A stretch of 64,000 nt of DNA from Camelus dromedarius (lineage: Eukaryota), in contig NC_087436.1 in the NCBI RefSeq assembly GCF_036321535.1, positions 116,066,001-116,130,000 of the forward strand, in the 5' to 3' direction. Below are positions 1 to 12,427 of this stretch, in pieces. The notes beneath the pieces were generated by a model. It searched no databases. It was not told where the DNA came from and saw only the letters and a list, made by a program, of their open reading frames with translations. The stretch's first letter is position 1. Each line of letters opens with the position of its first letter. Both the position numbers and the translations under genes were made by a program.

Positions 1-533
1 TTCAATCTTCATTTCTGGTCCCACGATTCTGCCAGTGGGTTTGGCAAGCCTGCTATGACCCTTGACAGTCTCCCTTGGGCCTGGTTTTGCTCTCGGTCTC
101 CAGATCCACCTGCCCCTGGTTGGCCTGTGTAACCAGTTAGTGTGTTTAATCTTTTGATGCTTATCACCTGGCGAGGGAGAGCTGCCCCTCCAGCTCTACC
201 CGACCAGAGAGCTTCAAACCCGTCCACTCACGAGCAGCCCCGGGGAGCGAGGCAGGCAGGAGGTGGGCAGGACCACAGAGCTCTGCGCTCACACTGACGC
301 CAGTGAGCCGACCTCAAGGCTCCGTATGTGAGTATGTGTTCTCCAGCCAGTTATGAAGTGAGATTGTGGGCCAAGAACAAAACCATGAGAAGAAGCTTCT
401 ACAAGGGGAAATGGTGGGTAAAAATCAAATAAAATCTAAGGGACTAGAAAAAGAAGAGGTAAGTAAATTGGCATACCGGGTTCACAGGTACGGTATCTAG
501 TGTACACACCATATACACATGCGTGGCTTATGA

Positions 534-580
534 TGTGTGTGTACATATGAGTACATATACATATATATATGTGTGTGTGT
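534..580. repeat. (TG)/(TA) compound microsatellite
   Basis: tgtgtgtgtacatatgagtacatatacatatatatatgtgtgtgtgt. Confidence 0.85.
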
Positions 581-1074
581 AACGTGATAAAAACAACAAA
601 TTAAACCCCCCAACAAAAAGCAAAGGCAGAAGAGAAACTAAGAGAGAAGGACTCAGCACAGAGCGTGGCAGAGTCCAACTTCTCGGACAGACTGTCTTGG
701 TACCTCTGGACCACCTTTAAAGGGTCAAATGCACACCTCCAACTTGGAGGCAGTGTCTTCTTAAACAGCCCATCATGCATCCACCATTCTGTTATTACAG
801 CCTTTTTTTAAACTCCATGGCAGTGGTTAGAAGGATGGAGAATCACTCTTACCCACAGGTCAATGGGCAGGTGAAAGCTGAAGGGTCACTTTGAAGTCCA
901 CCCACAATGACATGGTAGAGAATTGAGTGCCCCATGTGAATTCAGGGGAATGGTATAGTAGTTTTGCCAGTAACTATTTCTCAGAAACCTTTTTTAACAA
1001 GTTTTTAAGGTTGTTAATTCCATCTCTTTGATCAGCATTCTGTTTCCTTGGGCAAGAATGCATGTCGCACAGAA

Positions 1075-1275
1075 CAGCGTGGTCAAGGAGATAATGTCCT
1101 GGGCTGAGAATCAGGAGCATGGAGTCTACTTTCTTCTTTCACCTCAGGTTCCCAGTGTGACCTTAGACAAATCCCTTAAGTTATCTGTGCTTCCTATACC
1201 TTCCTTTATAAAGCAGAGGAAACGTAGCCTATGTTATGAGCTGTGTGAGAAAAAGGGAGATAAGGCCGTAAGGAC
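1075..1275 (+). mobile_element. MIR SINE (degenerate)
   Basis: MIR core-like tgtgaccttagacaaatcccttaagttatctgtgcttcc...tgtgagaaaaagggagataa. Confidence 0.7.
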
Positions 1276-1725
1276 TTCAGGTTTAGCAAGGAGAAAAATA
1301 CTGCAGGAAAAAAATTGCCATGCAGACACACAAAATGTAATTTATGGTTAAGCCTGAGAAAGCTGGGTGAAGTTCCCCTTCATCTTATACACAAAGGTAC
1401 AGACTGGAAGATGCTTGACCCAATTCAAGATTTCTTTCATTTCTATATTTAAGTATTAGCCAAAATGTGATTGAATTGTAGTTTTGCTCAGCCTTATTTA
1501 ATAACCCAGTTACAAAGACAGGAGAACTGAAATTGCTCCTTCCTTACTTGGGAGGTAAGAAATGTAGAGGTCAGATCGAAGCTTTAGATCTGAGTTTCCC
1601 TAAGCAGAATGGAAGATTTATTCACTGTTCCATCTTGCCATGTTCATTCTCTCAGTGTGCATTTGCTGCACACCCGTGATAGGACAAACAGGGCACAAGG
1701 GGCAGTACAGCATAGACTCTTAAAG

Positions 1726-1852
1726 TCCTCAAGGAGTGGTCCAAGGATGGGCAGCACCAGCCTCACCTGGGAGTCAGGTAAAAAGGCAGACTCTCAGGCC
1801 CCAACTCAGACCTGCTGAGTCAGAATGTGCATTTTTAACAAGATTCCAAGGT
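1726..1852. mobile_element. MER5-family hAT-Charlie MITE
   Basis: gtggtcc...agcaccagcctcacctgggag...caggccccaactcagacctgctgagtcagaatgtgcatttttaacaagatt resembles MER5A/B consensus. Confidence 0.8.
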
Positions 1853-1895
1853 TTGTTGACTCTCAGCCTATATTCAAGCCAATGCTTAAATCACT

Positions 1896-2112
1896 TGGAG
1901 GCTTGGAGTCAAGAAATTTAAATTCAATTTATAATTTGGCCATTTTCTTGCCATATGATCTTGAGAAGGTAATCAACCTTATAAGCCTAAGTTTAATCAT
2001 CTGAAAAGGGGAGACAACAACACCTGCCTCTGCAGTTTGTTCTGAGGATTAGTAGAGCTCCTCATCGCACGGTGCCCGGCATAGAGGTAACCCTCAACTA
2101 GTGTTGGTTGTT
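1896..2112 (+). mobile_element. MIR SINE
   Basis: ggcttggagtca...tgatcttgag...taagtttaatcatctgaaaagggg...gaggattag...gtgcccggcatag. Confidence 0.75.
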
Positions 2113-2759
2113 TCATCGTTTTTGTTATTCTTATTATTGACATACGGCTTCTATTCTGTGAGAAACTAGCAGCCTGGAAGAGGGAGACGCATGTGGTCAA
2201 ATTAGTATACCAGTCTGTGACAGGCACCGTAAGACACTTTGTTCCAGATACTTCTTCAGGAGATCCATGGCCTTTCGCCTATGAGACATCACCTCTCCCA
2301 TCTGGGCACCAGAATCAGAACAGACCCTAAGATTAAAACCGAAGTCCCTGCTTGCCCCAAAGTATACACAGAAGCCATCTGTTGGATGAAAAAAATGGAT
2401 GAATCTAACAGGAGAATTTCCAGTTTTCACAGACAGTCTTTTGCTTTGTTTTGTCTCCTGTCCGGTATGTGGAAGCCTGTGATTCTGACCCTGGCGATGC
2501 ATCTTCAAGTATCTTAAGGCCCTGAATCTTCAACGTAGGTGTTCAGCATGAAGAGCCCAAATCAGAAGTGGACCTAGAAGTTTACAGGACTATCAACCAA
2601 GATGGAAACCCACCAGAACTAGGAGATCTGGGCATGCTGAACTGAGTAGCTGAGATTGGAGCAGGGACAAGAAGAATGCGTCCTCTACATTTTTTTCCTC
2701 TGTTCTTTTTAGCTTTTCATGCTGTCTCTTACCCCTCCGCCAGATCCTTAAATTTTGGA

Positions 2760-3880
2760 GCATCTAGAATTCTGTCTGCAAATGTCTTTTCTTCCCTAGC
2801 TGCACTCTTTCTCAGGTGATGGCATGCAATTTCCTGTCTTTAAATACATAGATTCAAGAAGGTTTGCAAATTTACAATTCTAGCCCTGATAACTTCTCTA
2901 GTTCCAGGCTCATGTGTATAACTTCCTACTTGGTATGTGCACTTAACAACCCAGTAGGGTCTAAAACTTGGCCCAGAACAGAACCCTTGTTTCCCCACAT
3001 CACTCCTGCCCCTACCAAAATCCACTCTCCCCTAAGCCTCCATGACTCAGCAAATGACACCAGCATCAATCCAGTTACTAAAGCCCCAAACTCGGAGCAA
3101 TTCTTGATTTTCTTCCTTTACCCCTACCTCAGTCTGATCCATCAACAAGTTCTATGAGCTTTTCTTCCAAAATGCTTCCCCAACCCTGTGTTTTTCTTGT
3201 CACCTTTACCACTGAATCCTGAATCCAGGTCAGCATTGTCCATCACCCAGGTTCAGAGTCATCATCTGCATGGGTAGCCTCACCTCCGCGCATGTGGCCT
3301 GAAGGCTGCTCTCCACACAGGAGCCAGAGGGAGCTGTGGACAGAGCCAGCGTAATAATCTTCCCTGCATAACGCCATGGCCCCAAGTTCTTTACTATGTC
3401 CTACAAGGCCCTTCCTGACGTGGCCCCTGCCCCTCTCCTGATCTTCATCTCTGGTCACATTCTTCCTTATCTCTAGCCTCCAGCCACACTGACCTTCCTA
3501 CTGTCCCCAGAACAGCTTATCAAGGGCATTCGCTTCCAGACCTTTGTATTTGCTATTCCTCTATTTGGAATCCTCTGTCTCAGATCTTCCCATGCTAATC
3601 TCCTCATTCTGTCTCAACACAAATGCCATCTCAGAGCAGCCCACTTCTAGCTAAAGCAACACCCTCAGTTACTTTTTAACACACAGATCAATTATCTCTT
3701 TTGAATAGCACGTATTATGACCTAACACAATCCTCATAACATTTTTCTTTACATGTTTATTTTCTGTTTCTTCCTCTAGAATGTAAATTCTTGAAGGATG
3801 AAGATTATGTCTCTCTTGTTTGCACCAGTACCGAGAACACTGCCTTGCACATAGTAGGCTCTTACTATACATCAGTTGAC
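2760..3880 (+). mobile_element. L2 LINE 3' fragment
   Basis: Long L2-like body ending tagaatgtaaattcttgaagg...ctgccttgcacatagtaggctc. Confidence 0.85.
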
Positions 3881-4354
3881 CAACTGATCTCTTTTTAAAT
3901 GTGCAGGCTCCAGTAATATCTATGCAGTTTTATGACTTAAAGCAGCTGCCTTGTGTGATTAGTTTAAGAAACAACACTTCATGGGAAATAGGCAGAGCTA
4001 AGGTTTTTATGAACCATTTGAAATATGAAGACAAAGCTTCTTGTTTGCATGCTTTAGTTGTTCTTTGCTTTGAACCAGTATATACAAAATTTGTTTGCAC
4101 AAAGAAAAGATGTTGTGTTCAAAAACGGATTTTAAAAGTGCTGTTACGTATTCATCAAAAGAAGAGAAGCCATGTATTTCATCTTGTTGGGTGTTTAAGA
4201 ACCATTTCTGCTGAGTGACACCGCTAAGGGCAAAGGAGGGAATGATAATTGTTCTTGGAGTAAAAGTGGTGAAGGGAAAAATAGTAAATTACTATTCCCA
4301 GAGCAGGTTTAGAGAAGCCAGCCTCTGAAACAATCTATACCGTGTTAATCTGGG

Positions 4355-4495
4355 AAGTGTGAGCTTCGTGAAGTGTCAGCTCCATGAAGGCGAGGATGCC
4401 TGTCTGTTACTCATCACCGTTGTATCCTCCGGCCACTGCTCAGGGACTGGGAAATAGGAAGGGTCTAATAAACCCTTGATGAATGAGTAAGTGAA
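4355..4495 (+). mobile_element. L2 3' tail
   Basis: agctccatgaaggcgagga...aataaacccttgatgaatgagt. Confidence 0.75.
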
Positions 4496-4569
4496 GTGGA
4501 ACCGCGTGATAAAGGGTACTGTTAGCATGAAAGCATCCATTTCACAAGCACCTGCTACATTCCAAACAC

Positions 4570-5130
4570 TGTGTTAGTGGCTAGTGATTAAAAAAAACAA
4601 AAAAGCAAAAACAGAGCATCACTTCAAGACGGACACAGAACCTGAGGGACTCCGCAGACCTTGTCCATTGCGCGAGTTCTGCCTCTGTGTAACTTTGGAC
4701 AACTCCCATAAAGCCCTTTGTGGTGTAAGCTTTGACTGTCGAGGCATTTACTTCAGCATCCATTTCAAAGAAGACTTTCTTAAAACACACGGCCAGACAC
4801 AGGACTAGATAAAGAGCCGGGCGTCCCTCCCCCCAGCCAGGCTCCCCTGTTGTAGGACCTCCGTTGAGTTAAGTAACTGACCTTGTGTGCCCCGTGTTTT
4901 TCTCTCCTTTTGCTTTAAATTCACCGATCAACAGTGAGCCCAGGAAACCCCAGCACCCCCCCCCCATGAAAGTAGAACGCGAGGCCTTGCTCTGTCCTTC
5001 TCTACCTGCGGCCTCACTGTGTGGCCCCTGGTGTGCCGTGGAATTTCCAGGACCTGCAGGGAGTAAACCTCGTTTTTTCAAAGCTTTCTGTTATTTCTGA
5101 GGGTGCCTTGCAGTCCTAGTAGGAGAAACA
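4570..5130 (+). mobile_element. Solo LTR, probably ERVL class (MER73/MER74/MER54-like)
   Basis: TG...CA ends; ctgtgtggcccctggtgtgccgtg...ccaggacctgc...agtaaacc (degenerate polyA signal) resembles the MER74-group R region; possible imperfect TSD aaacac/caacac. Confidence 0.55.
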
Positions 5131-5277
5131 CAACACTGGCTGTCAGGAGGCTGAGACCAACACCCAGCCCCCTCGGAGCCTCCACACCTTCACAGGAACG
5201 AGGACGAGTAACTTGAGCAGCTGCAGCCCACCTGGGGCGAGCCGGGAGGCTGACCCTTCAGCGAGCTCTCCACACGT

Positions 5278-5440
5278 GCATTTGAATTTAATCCTCGCCA
5301 TAGCCACACAGAATGTATGTTGTATCCTCATTATTGATACAGCCTTGGAGACGTCATGATATTTGCCCATGTCTCAAGTTCAAGGAGTCTGGGATTGAAC
5401 CCAAATATTCCTGACTACAAAGCCCAGGCTTTGGGCTCTG
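5278..5440 (-). mobile_element. MIR SINE
   Basis: tttaatcctcgc...ttgcccatgtc...ctgggattgaaccca...ctgactacaaagccc. Confidence 0.7.
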
Positions 5441-6149
5441 CACCTCATAACCTCTCTACCTCGGCTGACCACAGTCCCACGTGTGCTAGGGACAGTCCCA
5501 GCCCCACGGGGTCACCGTGTGCCCAGCAGGCTTTTCACACTGGGACTCGGCAGTCCCTCTCTGGTACAGACAGTCGCCATGTGTGCCCTGCTGCTCCTCT
5601 GAATTCTGCCGCAGCCTAGACACTGAGGGACCAGACGGCCACGGAGATGCTCAGGTGGGACAGGATCACTCGCCTTTGGTTAAAGGAATCTGAGTGGTAC
5701 CAACTCTTGTGGAGAGTCAGGTGTCCTTGAAATGAACAAATTCACATTCCTTTGCCTAATGGAGAATGAGGGTGCCAGACTGGTGACAATGACGATGACA
5801 GTAGTAGTAGCAGTGATAGTAAACACAGCAACCAGAAGATTAAACATAGTTTTCTAACCTAGACTACGTAACCAATTAAGTGTTTATTCATTAAAAAGCC
5901 CTTACTGAGGATTTGCTTTTAGAGAAACTGAGGCAATTTATGTACTTTCGTTTTACCTAAAATTCCTAATCTCTGAGCCTTTATTCTCTTACCTTTAAAA
6001 TGGGAATTAACAACCCCAACCTGCTAGAGTGATGAGGTTATTATTCAAAGAGAAAATGCATTGAAGGGACCAGCCTCTAGCCCACTAAACGTCTGCCCCG
6101 TCCCCTGGAGTCCAAGTACAAAGACAGAGTTACTGATAAAAGTCAGTTT

Positions 6150-6500
6150 GTGTATGCATTATTTTATTCAATGGGTATTATACATACAGGGACCCTCACA
6201 CTCACTCGACAGACGTCTGTAGCCCACACGCTATATGTGAGGTGTGACGCGGTCAGTGCTGGTGAATCCAGCTGTTGCTTCCTCCTAGACACGTGCCTTG
6301 AGGGAGAGGAAGACAAAATCTACAGAAAGCCATGGTCCAGGCATGGGGGGGGGGGGCTCGTGTTTCACAAGCATGGTTTCATTTAAATTTGACAACAGCC
6401 CTATGGGGTAGAGGTTTCAATTTGCACTTGGCCAGCAGGGAGCCTGACGTGGGGGGAGGGCAGGCGACTTGCCCAAGGTCAGAGGAAGCCTTGGCTCCCG
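6150..6500 (-). mobile_element. L2 and MIR fragments separated by a G12 run (6345-6356)
   Basis: Antisense L2-like tail followed by MIR-like gacttgcccaaggtca. Confidence 0.5.
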
Positions 6501-7299
6501 GACATGAAAGCCTGTCTTTGTACACAGCCCCCACTTACTCATGAACCTGTGTGAACTTCCTAGCTGCCCCTTTCATCATTCAGGGGCACAACTTGCCGAA
6601 GAGCGATTTAACAACAATAGTAACCGCTTGTCCCAACTGCAGGGGCCGTGACAGGTTTTCCAGTTCTTTCACATTTACTGTTTTTGCTTCCTATGAACGG
6701 TTCACACCCTCGCTGCCTTTTATTTTCGCAGGCTTGGCAAGCACAGGATGTGATAAATTCCCTGAACAAGGAAACATTTAGCCTAAGCTAACTATTATCA
6801 GCAGCATCTATGACGAATGACTTAATATAACCCCGAAAAGCCCGATGTGATGACTAATTTGTAGTTAAAGGTAGTTGGAAATTTACTCTGTAAAAAAAAA
6901 AAAAAAAAAAAATTGCATGGAAGTTAACTTGATTAACTTTGAAGGAGAGAAAAAGCCAACAAAAATACCGTCAGCAGGATTTACTCCTCCTTGCAGGCAT
7001 AGCAATAAAGATAAGAATTACAACCCCGAGAGCAGTTAGAGAGAGAACGAACATGCTTCATTTTGCATACTGAGCACACTGGAAGTGGATCAGCGCAGGC
7101 GGGACAGACGAGAGCTCTCGGAGTCCACGCACCCGAGCAATGCCTCTCTTCAGCCATCGGGTCCAAACTCTCCACTTAACAGGGGAGGAAAGTGGCGTTT
7201 GTGTGGGGGTGACTGATTTGGGGTCCAATGAGTCGCGATCTTCCCCTTGGCCCGAAGGGAAACACAGCTTAGTTCCAGGGAAGGACAAGAATTCTGGGC

Positions 7300-7495
7300 T
7301 CCTGCTAGCCTGGGCTTACCGGCTCCACTCTGGGTGACTTGGGACAAATCACCTAACCCCTGAGAGTCAGATTCTTTGGGTGCAGAATATCTATAATGAG
7401 GCCAACTTGCTAGGATTATAGAAGGTAAGTGGCTTATTGTCTATAAAATATCCAGCATAATGCCTGGTATGCAGGAGGGTCGACCAAAAATATTC
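7300..7495 (+). mobile_element. MIR SINE
   Basis: gggtgacttgggacaaatcacctaacccctgag...aggattat...cagcataatgcctggtatgcag. Confidence 0.7.
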
Positions 7496-8051
7496 ATTGC
7501 TTTCTTCCTCTGCCAAGTTATTGTCATCCTCATGGACAACCAGGGCAAGTCTTTGCTAATTCTCACTCCAACTCTGTCCCCCACGAAAGGCAATCGTAAT
7601 ATTGACATTGACCCCAGAGGATAAGCATGAAGCCATACAATCACTCTACCCGTGTTTGTAAATATACACGCCCCGGGATTCTATTTTGAATTTTCCAAAG
7701 AAGTGTTAACCGGTCACATCTTCACCATTACTATTTGGCCATCGTTGCTGTGCATGTCTCCACTTTTACTTAATGCAGTTTAGTTAGTGTCTTGGACACA
7801 GCATCATGCTTACGTGGGGGCTTGAAGAGTGGCCAGGAGAGACCAGGTTGTGACATATCTCTGGGCAGATGGCAATCGTCCCCAGTCACGAGCACATCTG
7901 GGGAAATAAAGCTGCTGTTTCTCTGTGATTCCTGTTGGCTCTACCAATGCTGATTCTGCATTTTCAGGACTTTTCCCCAACTTAGACTCTCTTCCCCTTT
8001 CCCTTTTGAAAGGACTCCCTTTGTTCTTTATTTTTTTAATGGCATCATTCA

Positions 8052-8455
8052 TTTTAAATTTTTTAAGTTGAAGTATAGTCGGTTTATGATGTGTTAGTTT
8101 CTGGTGTACAGCACAGTGATTCAGTTATCCATGTATGTATTCCTTTTCAGATTCTTTTTCATTATAAACTGTTACAAGGTATTGAATATAGTTCTCTGTG
8201 CTCTACAGTAGGACTGTGTTATCTCTTTTATATATAGTGGTTAGTATCTGCAAGTCCCAAACTTCCAATTTATCCTTCCATGCTCCCCCTTTCCCCTTGG
8301 TAACCACAAGTTTGTTTTCTATGTTTGTGAGTCTGTTTCTTTTTTGTAAATAAGTTCATTTGTCTCATTTTTTTTTTTAGATTCCACATATAAATGATAT
8401 CCTATGGTATTTTTTCTCTCTTTCTGGCTCTCTTCACTTAGTATGACAATCTCCA
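8052..8455 (-). mobile_element. L1 3' end (cetartiodactyl/camelid type), 5'-truncated
   Basis: ttgaagtatagtcggttta...ctggtgtacagcacagtgattcag...ccccttggtaaccacaagtttgttttctatg...ttcacttagtatgacaatctc. Confidence 0.9.
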
Positions 8456-8459
8456 AAAT

Positions 8460-9381
8460 TCAGACTCTGTACCGTGGCCTCCAAGTGCCTGGTAGCTGTC
8501 TCCAGGCTCCTCACAGGCTCTGACCCCACTCTTCTTTCCGTTCCTTGAACACATCTCACCTTCCCACACTCAGGACATCTCTCTGTGCTATCATTGCCTC
8601 CTAGAATGTCTTCCCCAGAACTGCTTACTTTCACCCTGCAGGTGTCTGCCCAGATGTCACTTCCTTAGAGGCGATACTTCTTGGAGGATCTCCTTCCAAG
8701 CAGTGCCTGCCCCTCCCTTCAGTCTCTATCATATTCTAGGGTTAGCTCTTAAATGCCAGGTATCAAGGATCAGTGCATATGTTGACATTTATTTGTTTGT
8801 TCACCTGTTTCCTCCAGTAATGTGAGCTTAGAGGGCGTGTTACGTTCCTAGGGCCGCTGTAACAAAGTACCGCACACTGGGTGGCTTCAAACAACAGAAA
8901 TGTATTGACTCCCAGTTCTGGTGGCTGGAGTCCGAGATCAAAGTGTCAGCAGTGCTGGTTTCCTCTAGAGGCTGAGGGATACTCTGTTCCTGGCCTCTCT
9001 CTGGTGTCTGATGGCTGCCCCTATCCTTGGCTAGGTGAACTCCAATGTGCATCTCACGTGGCCTTCTGCTCTGTGTCTGTGTCTCGGTGTCTCAAATCCC
9101 CCCTCCTTTCTCTTACCATTAGGTTTAGTGTCCACCCTAGATCCAGGATCTCTTTCCGAGAGTTTTAAGTAAATTACATCAGCAAAGATAATATTTATGA
9201 ATAACTTCATCTTCACAGTACCAGGGATTAGGACATGGACACCCTCTTTGGAAGGAGAAGCATAGGACAACTTACTACAGAGAGCAAACGCCTTCTCTCT
9301 TTTGGGGACCACCCAAGTCCCTGAGCCCAGCTTAGTGCTTTTCCCCTAACAGGCTTTCTTTAAATGTTTTGAGTGAATGAA
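8460..9381 (+). mobile_element. L2 3' fragment interrupted by an MLT1 LTR
   Basis: L2 tail (aatgtgagcttagaggg | caaacgcc...gagtgaatgaa) resumes after the LTR. Confidence 0.75.
8836..9279 (-). mobile_element. MaLR solo LTR (MLT1B/C-like)
   Basis: cctagggccgctgtaacaaagtaccgcacactgggtggctt...ctaca; TSD gaggg (8831-8835)/gagag (9280-9284). Confidence 0.9.
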
Positions 9382-10291
9382 CACTGTCACTTTAAGACTT
9401 TCCTGCTCTGATCCCAAAGCATTGGCAGGTGGCCCCTCCAACTGTGAGAGCTGCTACTTCCCAACTGCCTGAGCATCTCACTGCCTCTCCCATCATGGAA
9501 GGTCCTCCGGGAGCCAGACCTTGACGGGAGCAGCCCAGCAGGACCAGTGGGTGTCCCCAGGCAAGCTGTGTGGAAAGGAGCTATGCACGCCGCTCAGAGA
9601 GGCAAAGCTGGCTGTTTCTGCTGGGCTCCATGGTGACTAATGTCAGGGCTCTTGCTTCCTGCTCCAATGACCTTCCTTCCCACAGGGACATTGATCATGG
9701 TAGATTCATGGTTACAAATGCCTCCTCCCATCTCCACCCTCCTTTCCTTTATCTTAATCATCAAATGTGTCCCCATAATAAATTCCCTCCCTTAGTAATG
9801 ACCACCCAAGTCTAGCCCATTCTACTCCTTGTCTGATTATATGTTATCATAACACAGTTCTCCCACAAAAGACTTAAAATAGCAGTAAATAATTACTAGC
9901 GTAGTTGCATGTACAGCATCTGACTTCATGAACTATCTCTAGGCTCCATGAGGGCAGCTCTGTCCATTTTACAAGGATAGTGCAGCCCCGTGCCTGCCAG
10001 CTAGCAGGTGCTGAACACCTGCCACTGAGCACCTGAAGGTGTGCACCATGCTCTTCATCAGAGCCTCCACTTCTCTCATCCACTCTTCAACTTCCCAACT
10101 CCTTGCATTCTGGATTCAGCCCACCACTCACTGTAAACATTTCCATGACCCATATTCCCATACACAACAATTGCTTCCCAGCATCCAATTCATCCCCATC
10201 GGGTCCTATTTATGGTACCCATCCAACATCCACTGACTTCCTCCATATCTCCGCATCTTCGTCATTCCACTCTGGCGGGTGAATTCCTGCC

Positions 10292-10683
10292 TGCATCAGT
10301 CTGCGAGGGCTGCCATAACCAAGTACCAGAAACTGTGGGGCTTAAAAAACAGAAATTCCTTTTCTCACAATTTTGGAGGCTAGAAGTCTGAGATCAAGAT
10401 GTTTGCAGGCCTGATTTCTTCTGCAGCCTCTCTCCTTGGCTTGTAGATGGATGACCGTCTTCTCCCTGTGTCTTCCCACGGCCTTCCCTCCGCATGTGTC
10501 TCTGTCCTAATCTCTTCTTCTTAAAATGATACCAGTGGTATTGGATTAGGACTCACTCCAATGACCTTATTTTAAGTCAACTGCCTCTTTATCAGCACTG
10601 TCTCCAAATACAGTCACATTCTGAGGTACTGGGGGTTAGGATTTCAACCTGTGAGTCCTGGGGGATACATTCAGCCCATAAGA
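10292..10683 (-). mobile_element. MaLR solo LTR (MLT1A0-like), inserted in L2
   Basis: agggctgccataaccaagtacc...ctccaaatacagtcacattctgaggtactgggggttagg...; TSD ctgcc/ctacc. Confidence 0.9.
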
Positions 10684-10688
10684 CTACC

Positions 10689-11790
10689 CATCCTTCAGAT
10701 TTCAATTCAAATTTCACTTCTTTGGAGAAGTCTTTATTGATATGTCAAATGAAGTTGGACTTCCCCAAAGCAGTCTATTATAGCATCCTACACCCTGTTT
10801 TCACAGCATTTACCACGGCAGTAATATTACCTATGTGTGTGTGTGACTGTTTGATTCGTGTCCATCTCTCCATTCAGCTGTAAAACTCCATCGGGGCAAT
10901 GGAGATGTCTAAGTTTTGCTTGCCATCAGTATCTCCAGTGCCCAGCATTTGAAGTTCTGGACCATCCACTCTTTCTTAATTCCTTCCTTTTGATTTCTGA
11001 GACACCACCTGCCTTTCTGTCTCTTCCTATACCTCAGACTCCTTCAGAATTCTTCACTCTCCTCTTGTTTTTGAACCATGGATCTATCTTGGTCACTTTC
11101 TTTTGTTATTCAGTGAGTTCTATATGGAAAATTAACCCTCTTGGCTTTAGCAAGTGTCATGTTCTGCCAGTGACTTAAATGTCTATCTTTAGTGTGGTCC
11201 TGCCTCCTTTGTTCCATGTCTATGTTTTCTACTTATAACCACTTACATCTGGCTTTACCAACCTCAAAAACAATGTTCAGAAATTATTTTTACCTTTAAA
11301 TCTACTCCAGCTCTATTCCTTAGCTTAGTCGATGGCACCAACATACACCCAATTGCTCAAACACAATACAGTGTATCACAGGAGCCCACTATAAATCTAA
11401 AATATAAATCTATAAAATTATCAGAGTTCAAATTTGACTTCACATCTCAAACCCAACTCTGTTGACTCCATGTATCTTTTGATTCACTTTTTTCCTCTCC
11501 ATTCTTTGTGCTTGAAATCAGACACCCATTCTATCAATACTGCTACAAGAATGTTTAACCAACACAAATCCAGGTTACTCCTCTGCTTAAACCTCCCAAA
11601 GGTGCCTGATCACAATACACATCTGTCTAGTCTGAGACGCAGGACCCTCCATGAGCCAAGACCCACCCATCTCTCTAGACTAATTTCTTATTAATCTTCT
11701 CTACCTTTCTGCATATCCTCACCTGCACTAAATTTCTCACTTGTCTTTGACTAGGCCAGGCTTCTTACTGCCTCTGTGTGCACCTCTCAG
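10689..11790 (+). mobile_element. L2 fragments
   Basis: catccttcagatttcaattcaaatttcacttc...ctgtaaaactccatcgggg, followed by a second L2 body. Confidence 0.65.
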
Positions 11791-11794
11791 ACCC

Positions 11795-12212
11795 CACGTC
11801 AGAAATGTGTATGAAAGAAGCAGCTCTGAGTGATTATCCTTCATTAGGAATGGTCTCAGCTTCAGAAAACTGCCGCACACAAGGTCGTGCCTCCTTCCAC
11901 AGGGCAGCCTACATCCACTGCTAATCAAGGATATGAAGTCCCAGCTCCACTGCCCCAACTCAGGACATCTTGGGTGAGTTATTGTCCCTTGGGCTGGCTG
12001 AACACTTTGCTGGGGCTGGTTCACAGCTCCGTTTCTCCCTCTGCAGAGGCCTACTTCCTCTCTCTCCCATCCACAGCTGTAGATCCCAAGCACACTCCTG
12101 AAACAAAGGAACAAATTAAAAAAAAAAAAACACAAAGCAAAAATGAAAAATAAACCTCCCGCACAGCTAATCTCCATCTCCAAGTCAGCTTTCCAAGAAG
12201 CTCGTCTGTGAT
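11795..12212 (+). mobile_element. ERVL solo LTR (LTR16-like)
   Basis: gggcagcctacatcc...gatcccaagcacactcc...aataaacctcccgcacagctaatctccatctc...gtcagctttcc. Confidence 0.8.
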
Positions 12213-12427
12213 ATTGGCTATTCGCAGATTCTGTGTCTTCTGCCTGGACCATATTTCTGTTCTATCTTTGCCTCCAAACTCTATGCGTTCTTCACATCCC
12301 AAGTCAAATGTCATCTAAATGCATATTTCAATTTTCTTCAATATCAACATACATCACACTGCATTCTAATTTTCACCGAGATGTTTTCCTTTCTTGCTAA
12401 ACTAACTCTGTGTTCTGCAAGAACACT

